A stretch of DNA of 64,000 nt from an uncultured bacterium (lineage in GTDB: Bacteria; Fermentibacterota; Fermentibacteria; Fermentibacterales; JCC-6), in the NCBI GenBank assembly GCA_964423505.1, contig CAYREX010000003.1:76817-140816 (forward strand). Direction: 5' to 3'. Numbering within the stretch: position 1 is the first letter of the stretch; every line of letters starts with the position of its first letter. The position numbers were made by a program, and so were the translations under genes. Below the pieces are notes generated by a model, which was not told the origin of the DNA, did no database searches, and saw only the letters and a list, made by a program, of their open reading frames with translations. Below, one piece after another: positions 13,253 to 24,046 of this stretch.

Positions 13253-13756
13253 TTGCGCTACCTGAGGGCCATGGGCGGGAAGCTGGTCTTCCAGGGGGGA
13301 GCCGGCGGCGGCCGGAGCATCGTAAGGGCGGCGCTGGTCGGGAGCTCCGCCGTCTTCATGGTGGCGGTGATGGTTGTGCTCTTCGTCCTCAGGGGGGCCG
13401 GGCATCCGGCCACGGCCGTTCTGGTGATGCTCGTATCGGTCCCGGTCTACGCGGTGGCCCTCTGGCTGGCCTGGAGCAGGCTGGTCGGCGCCTCCAGGCT
13501 CACTGTCGACCTGACCGGGGGAACGCTCTCGGCGGGAGGGAGGAAGCTCCGGACGGAGAGGGTCAGGGAGGTCCTCCTGACCGGGCAGGCGGGCGGCTGG
13601 ACGGTCTCGGTGGAGACGGCCGACGGGGTCAGGGTGGGCCTGGCAGCGCTGCGTGAGAGGAAGGATGCGGAGGGGCTGGCAGGGGAGCTGGCCTCGGTGC
13701 TGTCGCTGCCCGGACCTCCCGAAGGAACCGCCAGCGGCTCCCGACCGTTATACTAG
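13253..13756 (+). CDS. Hypothetical membrane protein
   Basis: Two TM helices then a soluble tail. Same strand and tightly spaced. Confidence 0.45.
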   Translation: MRYLRAMGGKLVFQGGAGGGRSIVRAALVGSSAVFMVAVMVVLFVLRGAGHPATAVLVMLVSVPVYAVALWLAWSRLVGASRLTVDLTGGTLSAGGRKLRTERVREVLLTGQAGGWTVSVETADGVRVGLAALRERKDAEGLAGELASVLSLPGPPEGTASGSRPLY

Positions 13757-13817
13757 GGCATAACTGACGCCACGTCCGCATCTGCGGAAGAACCCCTCTC
13801 AGAAGGAGCGAACGGAT

Positions 13818-15374
13818 ATGCCTCGCAGCATCGCAGCAGCCCTCGTCCTGACCATGGCCCTCTCGGCAGGCTCTCTGGTCATGCTGGAGGGAGACCTCTC
13901 CGGCCTCGACCACGGCCGCAGGGAGGGGCTCACCCCCCTCTTCGTCGGCAGGGAGCACTCCATAGCGCTCCTCTCCGGAAGCGCCGAGGACGCCCCCGAG
14001 CACACGGTCCTCGACCCCGTGGCCGCACCGGTCGGCGACTACCGCATCGCCTTCCTCGCGGACCCGCTGGCAGCTGCGATCGTTGCGGACTACGGCGAGG
14101 TTCTCCTCGAAAACGACGAGATGGTCCTCCTCCTGCCCGACCGCCCCCTGCCCGACGCGGCCATACCCGGCGTGCACCTGGTGGTCCCGCTCAGGGAGAC
14201 CGTATGGCCGGCCGGCTCGTCCTTCCTGCTGCGTGACAGGGGCCGCGACGGCTACGTCGAGGACATAGCGGCGGCGGTCGACCAGGACACCATCATGGCC
14301 TACACCCAGCAGTTCCAGAACTACCAGACCAGGCACTCCAGCACCGACAACTACGACACCTGCTGCGACTGGGTGGACACCAAGATGGAGACCTACGGCG
14401 TCGAGGCCGAGCAGCAGACCTTCCACACCCTCGGCTACGAGTGCCAGAACGTCGTCGGCGAGATGGCAGGGGTGGAGGACTCCACCAAGATTTGGATAAT
14501 ATGCGGCCATCTCGACTCGACATCGCCGTCCCCCCAGACCAACGCCCCGGGGGCCGATGACAACGGCAGCGGCTCGGCGGCGGTCCTGGAGGCGGCCAGG
14601 GTCATGTCACAGTACGACTTCCGCTACACCGTCCGGTTCGTCCTCTTCGGCGGAGAGGAGCAGGGCCTGTACGGCAGCGAGTACTACGCCGAGCAGGCCA
14701 GCCTTGCCGGCGACGACATACTGGGCGTGGTCAACCTGGACATGATCTACTACGGGCCTCCGGGAGACGACGTCCTCTGGGTGCCCTACAACACCCAGTC
14801 CACCGGCCTCGCCATGGCGATGGAGGCCATCTGCGACACGCACGTGCCCTCGCTGGAGACCTTCGTCGAGTACAACCCCTCCATAACCTACAGCGACCAC
14901 GCGTCGTTCTGGGCCGAGGGGTATGCGGCGGTCCTGGGCATAGAGCGTGAGGTCTTCAGCAACCCCTACTACCACCAGACCACGGACCTGCTGGAGAACT
15001 ACGTCGAGTACTTCCCCTTCGGTACCGACTGCACCAGGGGCGCGATAGCCACCGTGGCCTACCTGGCGGAGCCGGTCGGGCCGACGGGCGTTGGCGGGAC
15101 GGGCAGCACAGTCCCGTCGCCGCTGGTCCTCTCCGTGGCGCCCAACCCGGCTTACGGCAGCGCCACGCTCAGCCTTGGCGGCGGCCACACCGGTCCGGTG
15201 AGTTACTCCCTCTACGACGTCTCGGGCAGACGCGTGATGGAGGGGACGGCCTCCCTGGACGACGGCTCGGCCACGCTCGAGCTCGGGGCGGCTCCCGCCG
15301 GCGCCTACCTGCTGCGGGTGATATCGCCCGGTGGGTCCGACGCCTCGACCCGCCTCCTCCTGCTCGGACGCTGA
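13818..15374 (+). CDS. M28-family zinc aminopeptidase with C-terminal T9SS-type sorting domain
   Basis: Signal peptide and M28 motifs (WIICGHLDS...GADDNGSGSAAVLEAARV, EEQGLYGS). The C-terminal about 80 aa (VAPNPAYGSATLSL...YSLYDVSGRRV...GAYLLRV) match the Por/T9SS CTD. Confidence 0.85.
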   Translation: MPRSIAAALVLTMALSAGSLVMLEGDLSGLDHGRREGLTPLFVGREHSIALLSGSAEDAPEHTVLDPVAAPVGDYRIAFLADPLAAAIVADYGEVLLENDEMVLLLPDRPLPDAAIPGVHLVVPLRETVWPAGSSFLLRDRGRDGYVEDIAAAVDQDTIMAYTQQFQNYQTRHSSTDNYDTCCDWVDTKMETYGVEAEQQTFHTLGYECQNVVGEMAGVEDSTKIWIICGHLDSTSPSPQTNAPGADDNGSGSAAVLEAARVMSQYDFRYTVRFVLFGGEEQGLYGSEYYAEQASLAGDDILGVVNLDMIYYGPPGDDVLWVPYNTQSTGLAMAMEAICDTHVPSLETFVEYNPSITYSDHASFWAEGYAAVLGIEREVFSNPYYHQTTDLLENYVEYFPFGTDCTRGAIATVAYLAEPVGPTGVGGTGSTVPSPLVLSVAPNPAYGSATLSLGGGHTGPVSYSLYDVSGRRVMEGTASLDDGSATLELGAAPAGAYLLRVISPGGSDASTRLLLLGR

Positions 15375-15424
15375 CCCGCGCCGTGGAGACGGAGGAAGAG
15401 AGCCGGAAGGCCGGAACCGGGAAG

Positions 15425-15862
15425 ATGACGAGCATGGGCAGGAGAGCAGCAGCGACCGCCCTCATGGCCGCCCTGGCGCTGGCGGCCTGCGACAGCGACC
15501 CGACCGGCGGAGGGTCCGTGACCGGGGGCGACTGGAGCGGTACCGCCATGGACAGCGTACCGCTCACGTTCACGGTGAGCGGGGACGAGGTCCGACGGAT
15601 GACCCTGGAGATCACATACGACCTCGGACAGGTGCCGGACACCACGGTCACCTGGGTCTTCGACGCCGACATCGTCAACGACGGCTTCCAGTACCTGGAG
15701 ATGACCGGGGTGACGCCCTACTCCTTCAGCCTGGACGTCAGCGGGACCTTCGACCCGCCGGGCGCGGTCTCGGGGACACTGTCGACCTCGGCGAGCTACG
15801 ACTCGGCGGGTGTCGGCGAGGAGGACTCGCTGGCCGGGAGCTGGAGCGCCACCCCCGACTGA
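15425..15862 (+). CDS. Hypothetical lipoprotein
   Basis: Lipobox ALALAACDSD. Start moved to the internal ATG. Confidence 0.5.
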   Translation: MTSMGRRAAATALMAALALAACDSDPTGGGSVTGGDWSGTAMDSVPLTFTVSGDEVRRMTLEITYDLGQVPDTTVTWVFDADIVNDGFQYLEMTGVTPYSFSLDVSGTFDPPGAVSGTLSTSASYDSAGVGEEDSLAGSWSATPD

Positions 15863-15877
15863 CCGGCCGGGTCCGGC

Positions 15878-16393
15878 TCAGATGGTCCGGTAGAGCTCCA
15901 GCATCCAACCGGCGAGACCCTCCTCGCCCCGCCATTCCGGGTCGGGCGTGAGGTGCTCGGTTACGCCGTCCTCTATCATCCTGTCGTCCAGGTGCAGGAC
16001 CTCGCCCGACTCGTCGTACCAGGTGCGGTACTCCCATACCGGGCCGGTGCCGTTCCTGAAGGCGTAGAGCATGAACGCCGGGTAGGTCTCGTCGCCGGAG
16101 CCCCGGTAGAGAACCTCTACGTATTCCCGGTGTGCGGCGATCTCAGCGGAGAAGATGCCCAGCTCCAGCTCGCTCTCACCGCCCTCCGCGTCCCAGTAGA
16201 GGTCGACCTCGGTCAGGTAGATGCCCACGGCCGGGTACTGGCGGCCGTCGGCGTTCACCACCACGCTGGTCCTGTAGAGGGTGGAGTCGGATGCGGCCTG
16301 CATGGCCTCACCGTACTCCGCGCGGATGTCCTCTACGACCGGCGGGGCATCCGGCAGGGCGATGGCGGAGAGGAGCAGCATCGGGATGAGCAT
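15878..16393 (-). CDS. Hypothetical secreted protein
   Basis: N-terminal signal peptide MLIPMLLLSAIALP, balanced composition. Confidence 0.5.
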   Translation of the reverse strand: MLIPMLLLSAIALPDAPPVVEDIRAEYGEAMQAASDSTLYRTSVVVNADGRQYPAVGIYLTEVDLYWDAEGGESELELGIFSAEIAAHREYVEVLYRGSGDETYPAFMLYAFRNGTGPVWEYRTWYDESGEVLHLDDRMIEDGVTEHLTPDPEWRGEEGLAGWMLELYRTI

Positions 16394-16663
16394 AATGGGC
16401 CTCCAGTGCTGAAGGTGCGGCAGCAGGCCGCCCGGGGTCCGTCCGACCTACGATAAGACGGAGGCGGCGGGCGGGCTACCCGCACATACATGGGTAGCCG
16501 CCCCGACTCCGACTCCAGTCGCTCCCTCACCGACATGAGGCCGGAGGCCTTGCCCCCCACCTCGCCGCCGCCGATGACGGCAGGCACGGCCCGTTCCCGC
16601 ATTGTCAGACTCCCGCTCCAGCTTCCGCAGGCGCCTGCGGACAGTCGTCCACCGGCCGCGTGG

Positions 16664-16825
16664 CTACGCTCCCAGGCCCAGGGCCCGGCCCAGGTACCAG
16701 GGCCATATCAGGAGGGCCAGCACGGCCTGCCAGAAGGTCAGGTGGACGTAGCCGATGGCGAAGAGCCATCCCGCTACCCAGAACGCGCCTCCAGCTCCCT
16801 CGCTGCACTTCACCCTCGCCGCCAT
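16664..16825 (-). CDS. Small two-helix membrane protein (hypothetical)
   Basis: MAARVKCSEGAGGAFWVAGWLFAIGYVHLTFWQAVLALLIWPWYLG is strongly hydrophobic and Trp-rich. Confidence 0.3.
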   Translation of the reverse strand: MAARVKCSEGAGGAFWVAGWLFAIGYVHLTFWQAVLALLIWPWYLGRALGLGA

Positions 16826-16939
16826 CCGATGCTCCTCTCCGGTTGGGTCATCCTGCCCCGGCAGTATAATCCCGGACGGCCTGCATGCAAGCCGCGTAAA
16901 GCTGGACAAGGGCGACCCGCAGAGTTAGTTACTCTTCGT

Positions 16940-19900
16940 ATGGGCAACGGAGATTGCGCTGGAGGGGGCTGGAGGAGCATGGGGCTCGACCCGCTTACCG
17001 GGCTCCACGACAGGAGCCACCTCGATGTCCTGGAACGGGAGTTCAGGGAGCGCATAGAGCCCTGGTCGCTCATCATGCTGGACATCGACCACTTCAAGCT
17101 GGTCAACGATATATACGGTCACCTGATGGGGGACGAGGTCCTCAGGCAGGTGGCGCTGAACCTCCAGGCGAGCCTCAAGCGGACCGACACCGCCCTCCGG
17201 TTCGGCGGCGACGAGCTCATGGCCGTCCTGCCCGCCACGACCGGAGACGGCGCCCTCGACCTGGCCCAGCGACTGGTCTACGACGTCGAGCGCCAGAGCT
17301 TCCCCCGGGGGCTCCGGGTCACCGTCTCCCTCGGCGTAACCACCGACCGGGGGGAGGACTCCTCCCTGCAGGACCTGGTGGACAGGGCGGACAAGGCGCT
17401 CTACAGGGCGAAGGAGTCCGGGCGGGGCAGGTTCTTCTTCTACTCGGAGGATCTGGTGGAGCGGGACTCCACCGAGGTCAGCTTCACCCACATGGTCGGC
17501 AGGCGAGGGGAGCTGCAGAAGCTCAGGCACCTGCTGGAGGAGGCGGTGGGGGAGGGGGCCCGGTTCGCACTCATCTCCGGGGAGATGGGGGTGGGAAAGA
17601 GCCGCCTGGTGGACGAGCTGCTGAACTACTGCGACTTCATGAAGGCCATGGTGGTCCGCAGCACCGCGGCGGAGCACGTGGGGCTCGAGCCCTACGCCCT
17701 GCTGGTCGGGCCCCTGCGCGAGGCGCTGGACAGGCTCTCCACGAGGGAGCTGGACCGGGTCAGGAGGCGCATAGAGCCCGTACACCCGGCTACGCTGGAG
17801 CTCTTCCCGGAGCTCCGGGCCGAGTCGCTGGACGACACCATGTACTTCAGGGAGGAGAGGCTGCGCTTCAGGATATTCCAGGACATCGCGGTCCTGGTCT
17901 CCTCCATATCCGCCTCGAGGCCGCTGGTCATGGTCCTGGACAACCTGCAGTGGGCGGGGGAGCCGGACGTCTCGATACTCTCGTTCGTCGCCAGGAACAC
18001 CGCCGACGCCCACGTGATGTACGTCTGCCTCCTGAGGCCGTCGGAGACGGAGAGGGAGACCATGGGCGTGCTCCGGGCCATACGCTCCTCGGTACCGCTG
18101 CTCCAGGTCGAGCTCGGCAACCTCACCCCTCACGACGCCCGGAACATGATTCTCTTCGCCCTGAAGGACCCGAACGTCCCGAAGGAGCTGCAGGACTTCC
18201 TGATATCCCAGAGCGGATGCAACCCGCTCTTCCTCCGTGAGCTGCTTGAGTCGATGGTCGCGTCCGGACACATCAGCACCGGCAGGTCCGGCGAGAAGAA
18301 CTACGCCCTGCCGGAGGAGCGTGAGCTCCCCGAGACGCTGGCGCAGGTGGTAACCGCCAGGCTCTCCGGGGTGGACGAGCAGACCCGCGACCTCCTGCGC
18401 ATAGCATCCCTCTCTCCCGAGCGGCTCTCCATACCGCTCCTGGAGGCGGTCACCGGGACCGACCAGGTGGAGCTGGCCAGGCGCATCGACAGGTGCATAC
18501 AGGTCGGCCTACTGGAGGAGGTGCGGCAGGGTGGTCTGGAGGTCGGGCTCCGGTTCGCGCACGGGGCGGTGCGCGACTTCCTGGCCTCCGGCCTGCCCGG
18601 GTCGCTCAGGCAGACCTACCACATGCGGATGGCCTCCTACTTCCGTCTGTTCTACGAGGCCGGCTCCGACGAGCTGCTGGCGGCGGTGGCCTACCACTAC
18701 GCTGGGAGCCTGGACGACGAGAACGCCGCCAGGTTCAGCCTGCTCGCCGCCAGACAGGCCTTCTCCAGGGGCGCCAACAGAGACGCCGTCCGCTGGTACC
18801 GGGAGTACCTGCGGAGGGTGGACGAGGAAGCCGTCGGAAGGGTCGAGCTGTTCAGGGCACACGTCAACCTGGGAATGCTCTGCACGATGGGCGGCCGGAC
18901 CGAGGAGGCGCACCGCCTGCTCGAGAGGGCCCTGCAGATGGCCGGCATGCCGGAGGAGGAGGCGGCGGTCCACTACAGGCTCGGCCGGAACTACCACAAC
19001 AGGAGCATGTTCCCCGAGGCGCTCTCCAGCTTCGACAGGGCGGTCAGCCTCTGCAGCGAGAGCGATGGAGAGGGGGACGTGGTCCTGGGGACTATGGTGG
19101 ACGCGCTTCTCTGGGCATCCTTCATAATGCGGATGCAGGGCCGCTACGACGAGGCGATGGCCGCAGTGGACAGGGCGGACGAGCTGCTCGGCGGACTCGA
19201 CTCCGAGCGCGTGGAGTCGCTGGCCGGCCTGAGCTGCGCCAGGAGGGCGGACGTCCTGTCCGACAGGGGCCAGCGCGATGACGCCCTGCTCCTCTACGAG
19301 AAGGCGCTATCCATGAGCCGCGATGCGGCGGACATCCACCTGGAGTCGCTGGTCCTGAACAACATGCACGGCCTCTACGGCAGCAGGGGAGACTACCCGG
19401 CAATGCTGGAGGCCCTGGAGAGGGCCCTGGAGCTGAGCAGGAGGATGGACGAGAGGATCGGCATGGCCATCGCATACTACAACCTGGCCGAGTACCACCA
19501 GACACTGAACATGACCGACCTGGCGGAGGACTACTACCGCCAGTACATGGAGCTGAACGACACCATCGGCAACGAGCTCGGAATAGGCTACGGCCGTTTC
19601 GGTCTCGGCTCGCTCCAGCTGCAGCGGGGCGACCTGGACGCCGCCCGGGGGAGCCTGGAGGGGGCCCTCGAGGTCTTCGGGGAGCTTGGCTGCACCAGGA
19701 TGTGCATACACGGCAGGCTGATGCTGGCCGGGCTGGCGCTGCGCGCCGGCGACTGCGACGAGGCTCTCGCCCTCCTTCCGGAGAGGGATGACGACGGCTG
19801 GGAGCCGGCCTTCGAGGGTGAGAGGGACTTCACCGAGGGGCTCATCCTGCTGGAGTGCGCAGGCTCCGGGGCCGCGGATGACGCGGAGAGGGCCCTGGAG

Positions 19901-20182
19901 CTCCTCCGCCGATCCGTCTCCGGACCGGATGGCCTGGAGGACCTGGATATCCCGGAGCGCTTCGGCACCCTGGCCAGGGCGCTCCTCGAGGCCGGAAGGG
20001 CCGGCGAGGCGGACGACGTCCTCCGGAAGGGCGCCGAGCTCCTCTCCCGGAGGCTGGCCAGGATACCCTCCTACACGGTCAGGCGGAACCTGATGTCAAG
20101 GCCTGAGCTGGGCGGCTTCCAGGCTCTCTGCCGGGAGCGCCGGGTGGCCCCGGGCGGAGAGGACGGCCCGGCCGGCGGCTGA
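16940..20182 (+). CDS. GGDEF diguanylate-cyclase domain fused to a STAND/AAA NTPase and a long TPR array
   Basis: GGDEF region ([10 protein letters not shown]...[17 protein letters not shown]...[12 protein letters not shown]), Walker [15 protein letters not shown], then about 600 aa of TPR-like repeats. Start moved to ATG 16940. Upstream codons are Pro/Arg-rich. Confidence 0.8.
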   Translation: MGNGDCAGGGWRSMGLDPLTGLHDRSHLDVLEREFRERIEPWSLIMLDIDHFKLVNDIYGHLMGDEVLRQVALNLQASLKRTDTALRFGGDELMAVLPATTGDGALDLAQRLVYDVERQSFPRGLRVTVSLGVTTDRGEDSSLQDLVDRADKALYRAKESGRGRFFFYSEDLVERDSTEVSFTHMVGRRGELQKLRHLLEEAVGEGARFALISGEMGVGKSRLVDELLNYCDFMKAMVVRSTAAEHVGLEPYALLVGPLREALDRLSTRELDRVRRRIEPVHPATLELFPELRAESLDDTMYFREERLRFRIFQDIAVLVSSISASRPLVMVLDNLQWAGEPDVSILSFVARNTADAHVMYVCLLRPSETERETMGVLRAIRSSVPLLQVELGNLTPHDARNMILFALKDPNVPKELQDFLISQSGCNPLFLRELLESMVASGHISTGRSGEKNYALPEERELPETLAQVVTARLSGVDEQTRDLLRIASLSPERLSIPLLEAVTGTDQVELARRIDRCIQVGLLEEVRQGGLEVGLRFAHGAVRDFLASGLPGSLRQTYHMRMASYFRLFYEAGSDELLAAVAYHYAGSLDDENAARFSLLAARQAFSRGANRDAVRWYREYLRRVDEEAVGRVELFRAHVNLGMLCTMGGRTEEAHRLLERALQMAGMPEEEAAVHYRLGRNYHNRSMFPEALSSFDRAVSLCSESDGEGDVVLGTMVDALLWASFIMRMQGRYDEAMAAVDRADELLGGLDSERVESLAGLSCARRADVLSDRGQRDDALLLYEKALSMSRDAADIHLESLVLNNMHGLYGSRGDYPAMLEALERALELSRRMDERIGMAIAYYNLAEYHQTLNMTDLAEDYYRQYMELNDTIGNELGIGYGRFGLGSLQLQRGDLDAARGSLEGALEVFGELGCTRMCIHGRLMLAGLALRAGDCDEALALLPERDDDGWEPAFEGERDFTEGLILLECAGSGAADDAERALELLRRSVSGPDGLEDLDIPERFGTLARALLEAGRAGEADDVLRKGAELLSRRLARIPSYTVRRNLMSRPELGGFQALCRERRVAPGGEDGPAGG

Positions 20183-20300
20183 GCCCTCCATCCGGGGCGC
20201 CCGCTTCATGCGGGACTCCCGCTCAACCTGTATATTTCCCGGGTATGACTGCAAAGCGCGCCGACCACGACGCTCCCCCCGGATATCCGAGAGGCGACAC

Positions 20301-21503
20301 ATGCTCACAGACGCGATGAAGCTCAGGCTCCTAGGGGGCCTCGAGAAGACAATGGAGAGAGGTACCTACAAGAGCGAGAGGATAATACGCTCCCGGCAGG
20401 GCACCGAGGTGGACGTGCTCGGCAGGGGGGAGGTCCTGAACTTCTGCGCCAACAACTACCTGGGCCTCTCGGGCGACCAGAGGCTCGTCGACAGGGCCGT
20501 CCGGGTGCTGGAGGAGCGCGGTTTCGGCCTCTCGTCCGTGCGGTTCATCTGCGGCACCCAGGACCTCCACCGGGAGCTGGAGGAGCGCATAGCGTCATTC
20601 CTCGGCATGGAGGACGCCATCCTCTACTCCAGCTGCTTCGACGCCAACGGCGGCCTCTTCGAGCCGCTCCTGGGCGATGCCGACGCGGTCATATCCGACC
20701 AGCTCAACCACGCCTCCATCATAGACGGCATAAGGCTCTGCAAGGCCAAGCGTTACAGGTACGCGCACGCCGACATGGAGGACCTGGAGGCAGCCCTCGT
20801 CCACTCGAGGGAGGCGGCCTGCAGGGCGGTGGTGACCGACGGCGTATTCTCCATGGACGGCGAGACGGCGCCCCTGGGCGAGATATGCGACCTGGCCGAG
20901 CGGTACGACGCCCTGGTCGTAGTGGACGACTCCCACGCCACCGGCTTCGTCGGCGAGCACGGGCGTGGCACACCTGAGCTGTGCGGTGTCGAGGGCAGGG
21001 TCGACGTGGTCACCAGCACGTTCGGGAAGGCGCTGGGCGGGGCGTCCGGCGGCTTCACCGCCGGGCCGGCGGAGGTCGTGGAGACGCTCCGCCAGCGCTC
21101 CCGGCCATACCTGTTCAGCAACACCCTGGCGCCGGTCATCGCCGGGGTCACCCTGGCCGTGCTGGACATCATAGAGGAGTCGGGCGAGGAGCGGAGGAGG
21201 CTGCTGGAGAACCAGCGACGCTTCAGGGCCGGTATGTCGGAGGCCGGCTTCAGGCTTGTACAGGGAGACCACCCGATAGTCCCGGTGATGCTCGGACACC
21301 TGGAGGACGACGCGGTCATGGCCCAGAGGCTCGCCGCCGGGCTCCTGGAGAGGGGCATCTACGTGATAGGCTTCTTCTACCCGGTGGTCCCCCGGGGCCA
21401 GGCCAGGATAAGGGTCCAGCTCTCCGCGGCCCACACTGCGGAGCAGGTGGAGAGGTGCGTGGACGCCTTCACCGGTGCGGCCCGGGAACTCGGCATACTC
21501 TGA
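20301..21503 (+). CDS. kbl: 2-amino-3-ketobutyrate CoA ligase (glycine C-acetyltransferase)
   Basis: Near-colinear match to my recollection of E. coli Kbl ([10 protein letters not shown]..., [68 protein letters not shown]..., [24 protein letters not shown]). Confidence 0.9.
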   Translation: MLTDAMKLRLLGGLEKTMERGTYKSERIIRSRQGTEVDVLGRGEVLNFCANNYLGLSGDQRLVDRAVRVLEERGFGLSSVRFICGTQDLHRELEERIASFLGMEDAILYSSCFDANGGLFEPLLGDADAVISDQLNHASIIDGIRLCKAKRYRYAHADMEDLEAALVHSREAACRAVVTDGVFSMDGETAPLGEICDLAERYDALVVVDDSHATGFVGEHGRGTPELCGVEGRVDVVTSTFGKALGGASGGFTAGPAEVVETLRQRSRPYLFSNTLAPVIAGVTLAVLDIIEESGEERRRLLENQRRFRAGMSEAGFRLVQGDHPIVPVMLGHLEDDAVMAQRLAAGLLERGIYVIGFFYPVVPRGQARIRVQLSAAHTAEQVERCVDAFTGAARELGIL

Positions 21504-21557
21504 CCCGCCGGCCGGCGGGTATTGCGGCTCCGCCCCGGCAATGAGATAGTACCCTCC

Positions 21558-22202
21558 ATGAGTAAGGAACTGGAGAGGCTCGACGAGGCGCTGTTCGGGA
21601 AGGTACGCAGGGGGCTGCTCAGCCTTCTGATCCTGAACCGGGGCAGGCGCTTCTTCCTGCTGGAGCTCGTGGGGCTGCTCAGGACCGGCAGGGGCTGCGT
21701 CCAGAGGGAGCTCGCCAACCTCGAGGGCGCCGGTATAGCCCGGCGTGAGCGGTCCGGCGTGCGGGTCTACTTCGACCTCTCCCCGGAGTGCCCCCTCTCG
21801 AAGGAGCTGGAAGCGCTCCTCCGGGGTATGGCCGACTTCCGGGAGAGCCTTGCCGCCGAGCTCCCGCCAGCGACCCCGGAGGGCCTGCCGGCACTGGCCG
21901 TGTCGCCGACCCGGCCGGGCCGGAGGCCGTCGCTCACCGTCATCTCCGTCTCACGGGAGCCGGACGGGCATCCGGAGGAGGAGGTCGGCAGGGCCGCGCT
22001 TCTCACCGGGACGGACGTTGACCTTCTGAGGTCGGCTCCCGAGGGCATAGGCCGTCTCATGGACTCCACTCCGGAGCTGGCATGGGCTCGGGACCGGGAG
22101 AATACCCTTATAGGGGATGCCGAGATCTTCGATACCGGCGGGGCTTCGGAGGAGGAGACCGGCACGCCGGACCTCTTCTCGAGCGCCGGCCTGGGATGGT
22201 GA
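21558..22202 (+). CDS. Winged-helix transcriptional regulator with Pro/Arg-rich tail
   Basis: N-terminal wHTH-like region (LLSLLILNRGRRFFLLELVGLL...RELANLEGAGIARRER). Start moved to MSKELERLD. Confidence 0.5.
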   Translation: MSKELERLDEALFGKVRRGLLSLLILNRGRRFFLLELVGLLRTGRGCVQRELANLEGAGIARRERSGVRVYFDLSPECPLSKELEALLRGMADFRESLAAELPPATPEGLPALAVSPTRPGRRPSLTVISVSREPDGHPEEEVGRAALLTGTDVDLLRSAPEGIGRLMDSTPELAWARDRENTLIGDAEIFDTGGASEEETGTPDLFSSAGLGW

Positions 22203-22215
22203 GTCGGCCGGGGGC

Positions 22216-22623
22216 CTAGTCCTTCTCGTCCTTTCGCACGTCGTTCATCAGGAACTCCACGTCCTCGCCGCCGCTGCCCACCTCGCGCTTCAGTATCATG
22301 AGGGAGCTGCCCAGGCAGCTTCCGACGGTGGCCACCATCCAGCCCTCCTTCTGCTTCCTCCCGATTATCTCGGCTATCTTGCCGCGGAGGCTCCAGAATA
22401 CCTGGATGATGTCGTGCTGGTACACCCGACCGTCGTCCACCATGATGAGGACGTTCCCGCCTCCCACCTCTCCCAGCGCGGAGACGCTCCAGCCGTCCCT
22501 CTCCTTCTCCTCGATGAGCTTCTTGAGCGCTCCGGCGCTCTTCCAGGTAGCGGGTACTATCAGGTGCCTCAAGGTCGGACCTCCGGTCGCTTCTCGCCCG
22601 GGGCGAGTCGTGCCAAGGTTCAT
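22216..22623 (-). CDS. Hypothetical protein (DUF4177-like)
   Basis: About 135-aa ORF with a conserved-looking ...EKERDGWSVSALGEV... core. Weak. Confidence 0.4.
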   Translation of the reverse strand: MNLGTTRPGREATGGPTLRHLIVPATWKSAGALKKLIEEKERDGWSVSALGEVGGGNVLIMVDDGRVYQHDIIQVFWSLRGKIAEIIGRKQKEGWMVATVGSCLGSSLMILKREVGSGGEDVEFLMNDVRKDEKD

Positions 22624-22693
22624 CCGGACGCTCTTTCGGGCGCTCTACGCTCACGGGGATGAATAAGCAGAATCCGCCGCCGGGACAACTCCC

Positions 22694-24046
22694 TCAGCGG
22701 ATGTAGCCCAGGTCCCTGAGGGTTCTCTCCATGGCCTCCCGGAAGGGCACCTCCGGAGGGGGGGAGACAGGAGGGGTCGCCCAGTAGTCGAGCAGCAGCT
22801 CCACCGACCCGGAGTCCGGCTCGACCGGAGAGCTCTCGAGCGGGTCGGCCGAGAGGTCGTAGGCCACCATCGAGTCCAGGTGCGGGTTGCCGACCACCTT
22901 GGTGCTGCCCGACAGCACCGCCGCGAGGTCTTCCGGGCTCCAGACGAGGTTGCCGGAGGGGATGCTCCTGCCGGCGGGGGCGGAGCCGACGGTCAGGTCG
23001 GCGCCGGAGGTCCATCCGGGCGCTTCCAGCCCCGCCATGGCGAGCATCGTCGGCAGCACGTCCACGTGCGCGGCGCAGCCGCGTGCCTCCCCCGGGCCCA
23101 GCCCCGGCCCGGCGATGATGAGCGGCACGTGCAGCAGCTCCTGGTACATGGTGTGGCCGTGGCCCATCCTGCCGTGGTCCATCAGCTCCTCGCCGTGGTC
23201 GCCCACCACGACCAGGAAGGCGTCCTCCATGGCGCCCCGGGCCTCCAGCTCCGAGAGCAGGCGGCCGAGCTGCGCGTCGGTGTAGGCCAGCTCGCCGTCG
23301 TACAGAGCGGTAAGGTTGTACAGGCCGGCGCTGTCCAGCGCTGTGACGCCGGTGTTCACCTGCATGACGTCGTCCCGGCCGCCCCACTCCGGACCGAACG
23401 GCCCGCCGTAGTCCGGGTCGGTCCACATGGCGTCGTAGGGCGGGGGAGGGGCGTAGGGCAGGTGCGGGTCGAAGAAGTGGATGGCGGCGAAGAGCGGCCT
23501 GTCCGTGTCACGCGACCGGTCGTACCAGGCCAGGAAGTCGTCCACCGTCCCGGCGGCATCCCTCCGGCTGGCACTCCCTACGAAGCCCTCCCGGTCGAAG
23601 TGGTCGAAGCCCCGGTGGAACCCGAAGTCCTCCCCCATGAAGATGACGTTGAACAGCGCCACCGTCTGGTAGCCGGCGTCGCCCAGCAGCATCTGCAGGG
23701 TGGGCAGCTCCGCGGCGATGCCGTAGAAGCCTCCGTCGGACCAGCCGGCGCCGTGCTCCCTCTGGGAGAGGCCGGTGAGTATCGAGGCCATTGCCGGCAG
23801 GGTCCAGCCGCTCTGGCCCTGCATCCTGTCCCAGGACAGCCCGTCCGCCGCCAGGCTGTCCATGACTGGGGTGGTCTCCCGCCCGTAGCCGGCTGCGGAC
23901 ATGTGGTCCCACCGAATCGTGTCAACCAGGACCAGGTAGAGGTCGGGTCTCCGCTCCCCGGCAGCCTCGCCACCGCCGCCGCAGGCCGCCAGCGCAAGCA
24001 GGCAGCAGGGCAGGAGGGGGGCGAGGGAACGGCGGAGGTCAGCCAT
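22694..24046 (-). CDS. Sulfatase / alkaline-phosphatase-superfamily lipoprotein
   Basis: Lipobox LLALAACGGG and sulfatase N-terminal motif DLYLVLVDTIRWDHMSAAGYG...TPVMDSLAADG. Confidence 0.8.
   Translation of the reverse strand: MADLRRSLAPLLPCCLLALAACGGGGEAAGERRPDLYLVLVDTIRWDHMSAAGYGRETTPVMDSLAADGLSWDRMQGQSGWTLPAMASILTGLSQREHGAGWSDGGFYGIAAELPTLQMLLGDAGYQTVALFNVIFMGEDFGFHRGFDHFDREGFVGSASRRDAAGTVDDFLAWYDRSRDTDRPLFAAIHFFDPHLPYAPPPPYDAMWTDPDYGGPFGPEWGGRDDVMQVNTGVTALDSAGLYNLTALYDGELAYTDAQLGRLLSELEARGAMEDAFLVVVGDHGEELMDHGRMGHGHTMYQELLHVPLIIAGPGLGPGEARGCAAHVDVLPTMLAMAGLEAPGWTSGADLTVGSAPAGRSIPSGNLVWSPEDLAAVLSGSTKVVGNPHLDSMVAYDLSADPLESSPVEPDSGSVELLLDYWATPPVSPPPEVPFREAMERTLRDLGYIR

Noticed and set aside
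16490-16939. N-terminal 150 codons of the 1230-aa GGDEF-STAND ORF
   Set aside because: This part is Pro/Arg/Ser-rich with no homology. GGDEF similarity and a plausible ATG begin at 16940.
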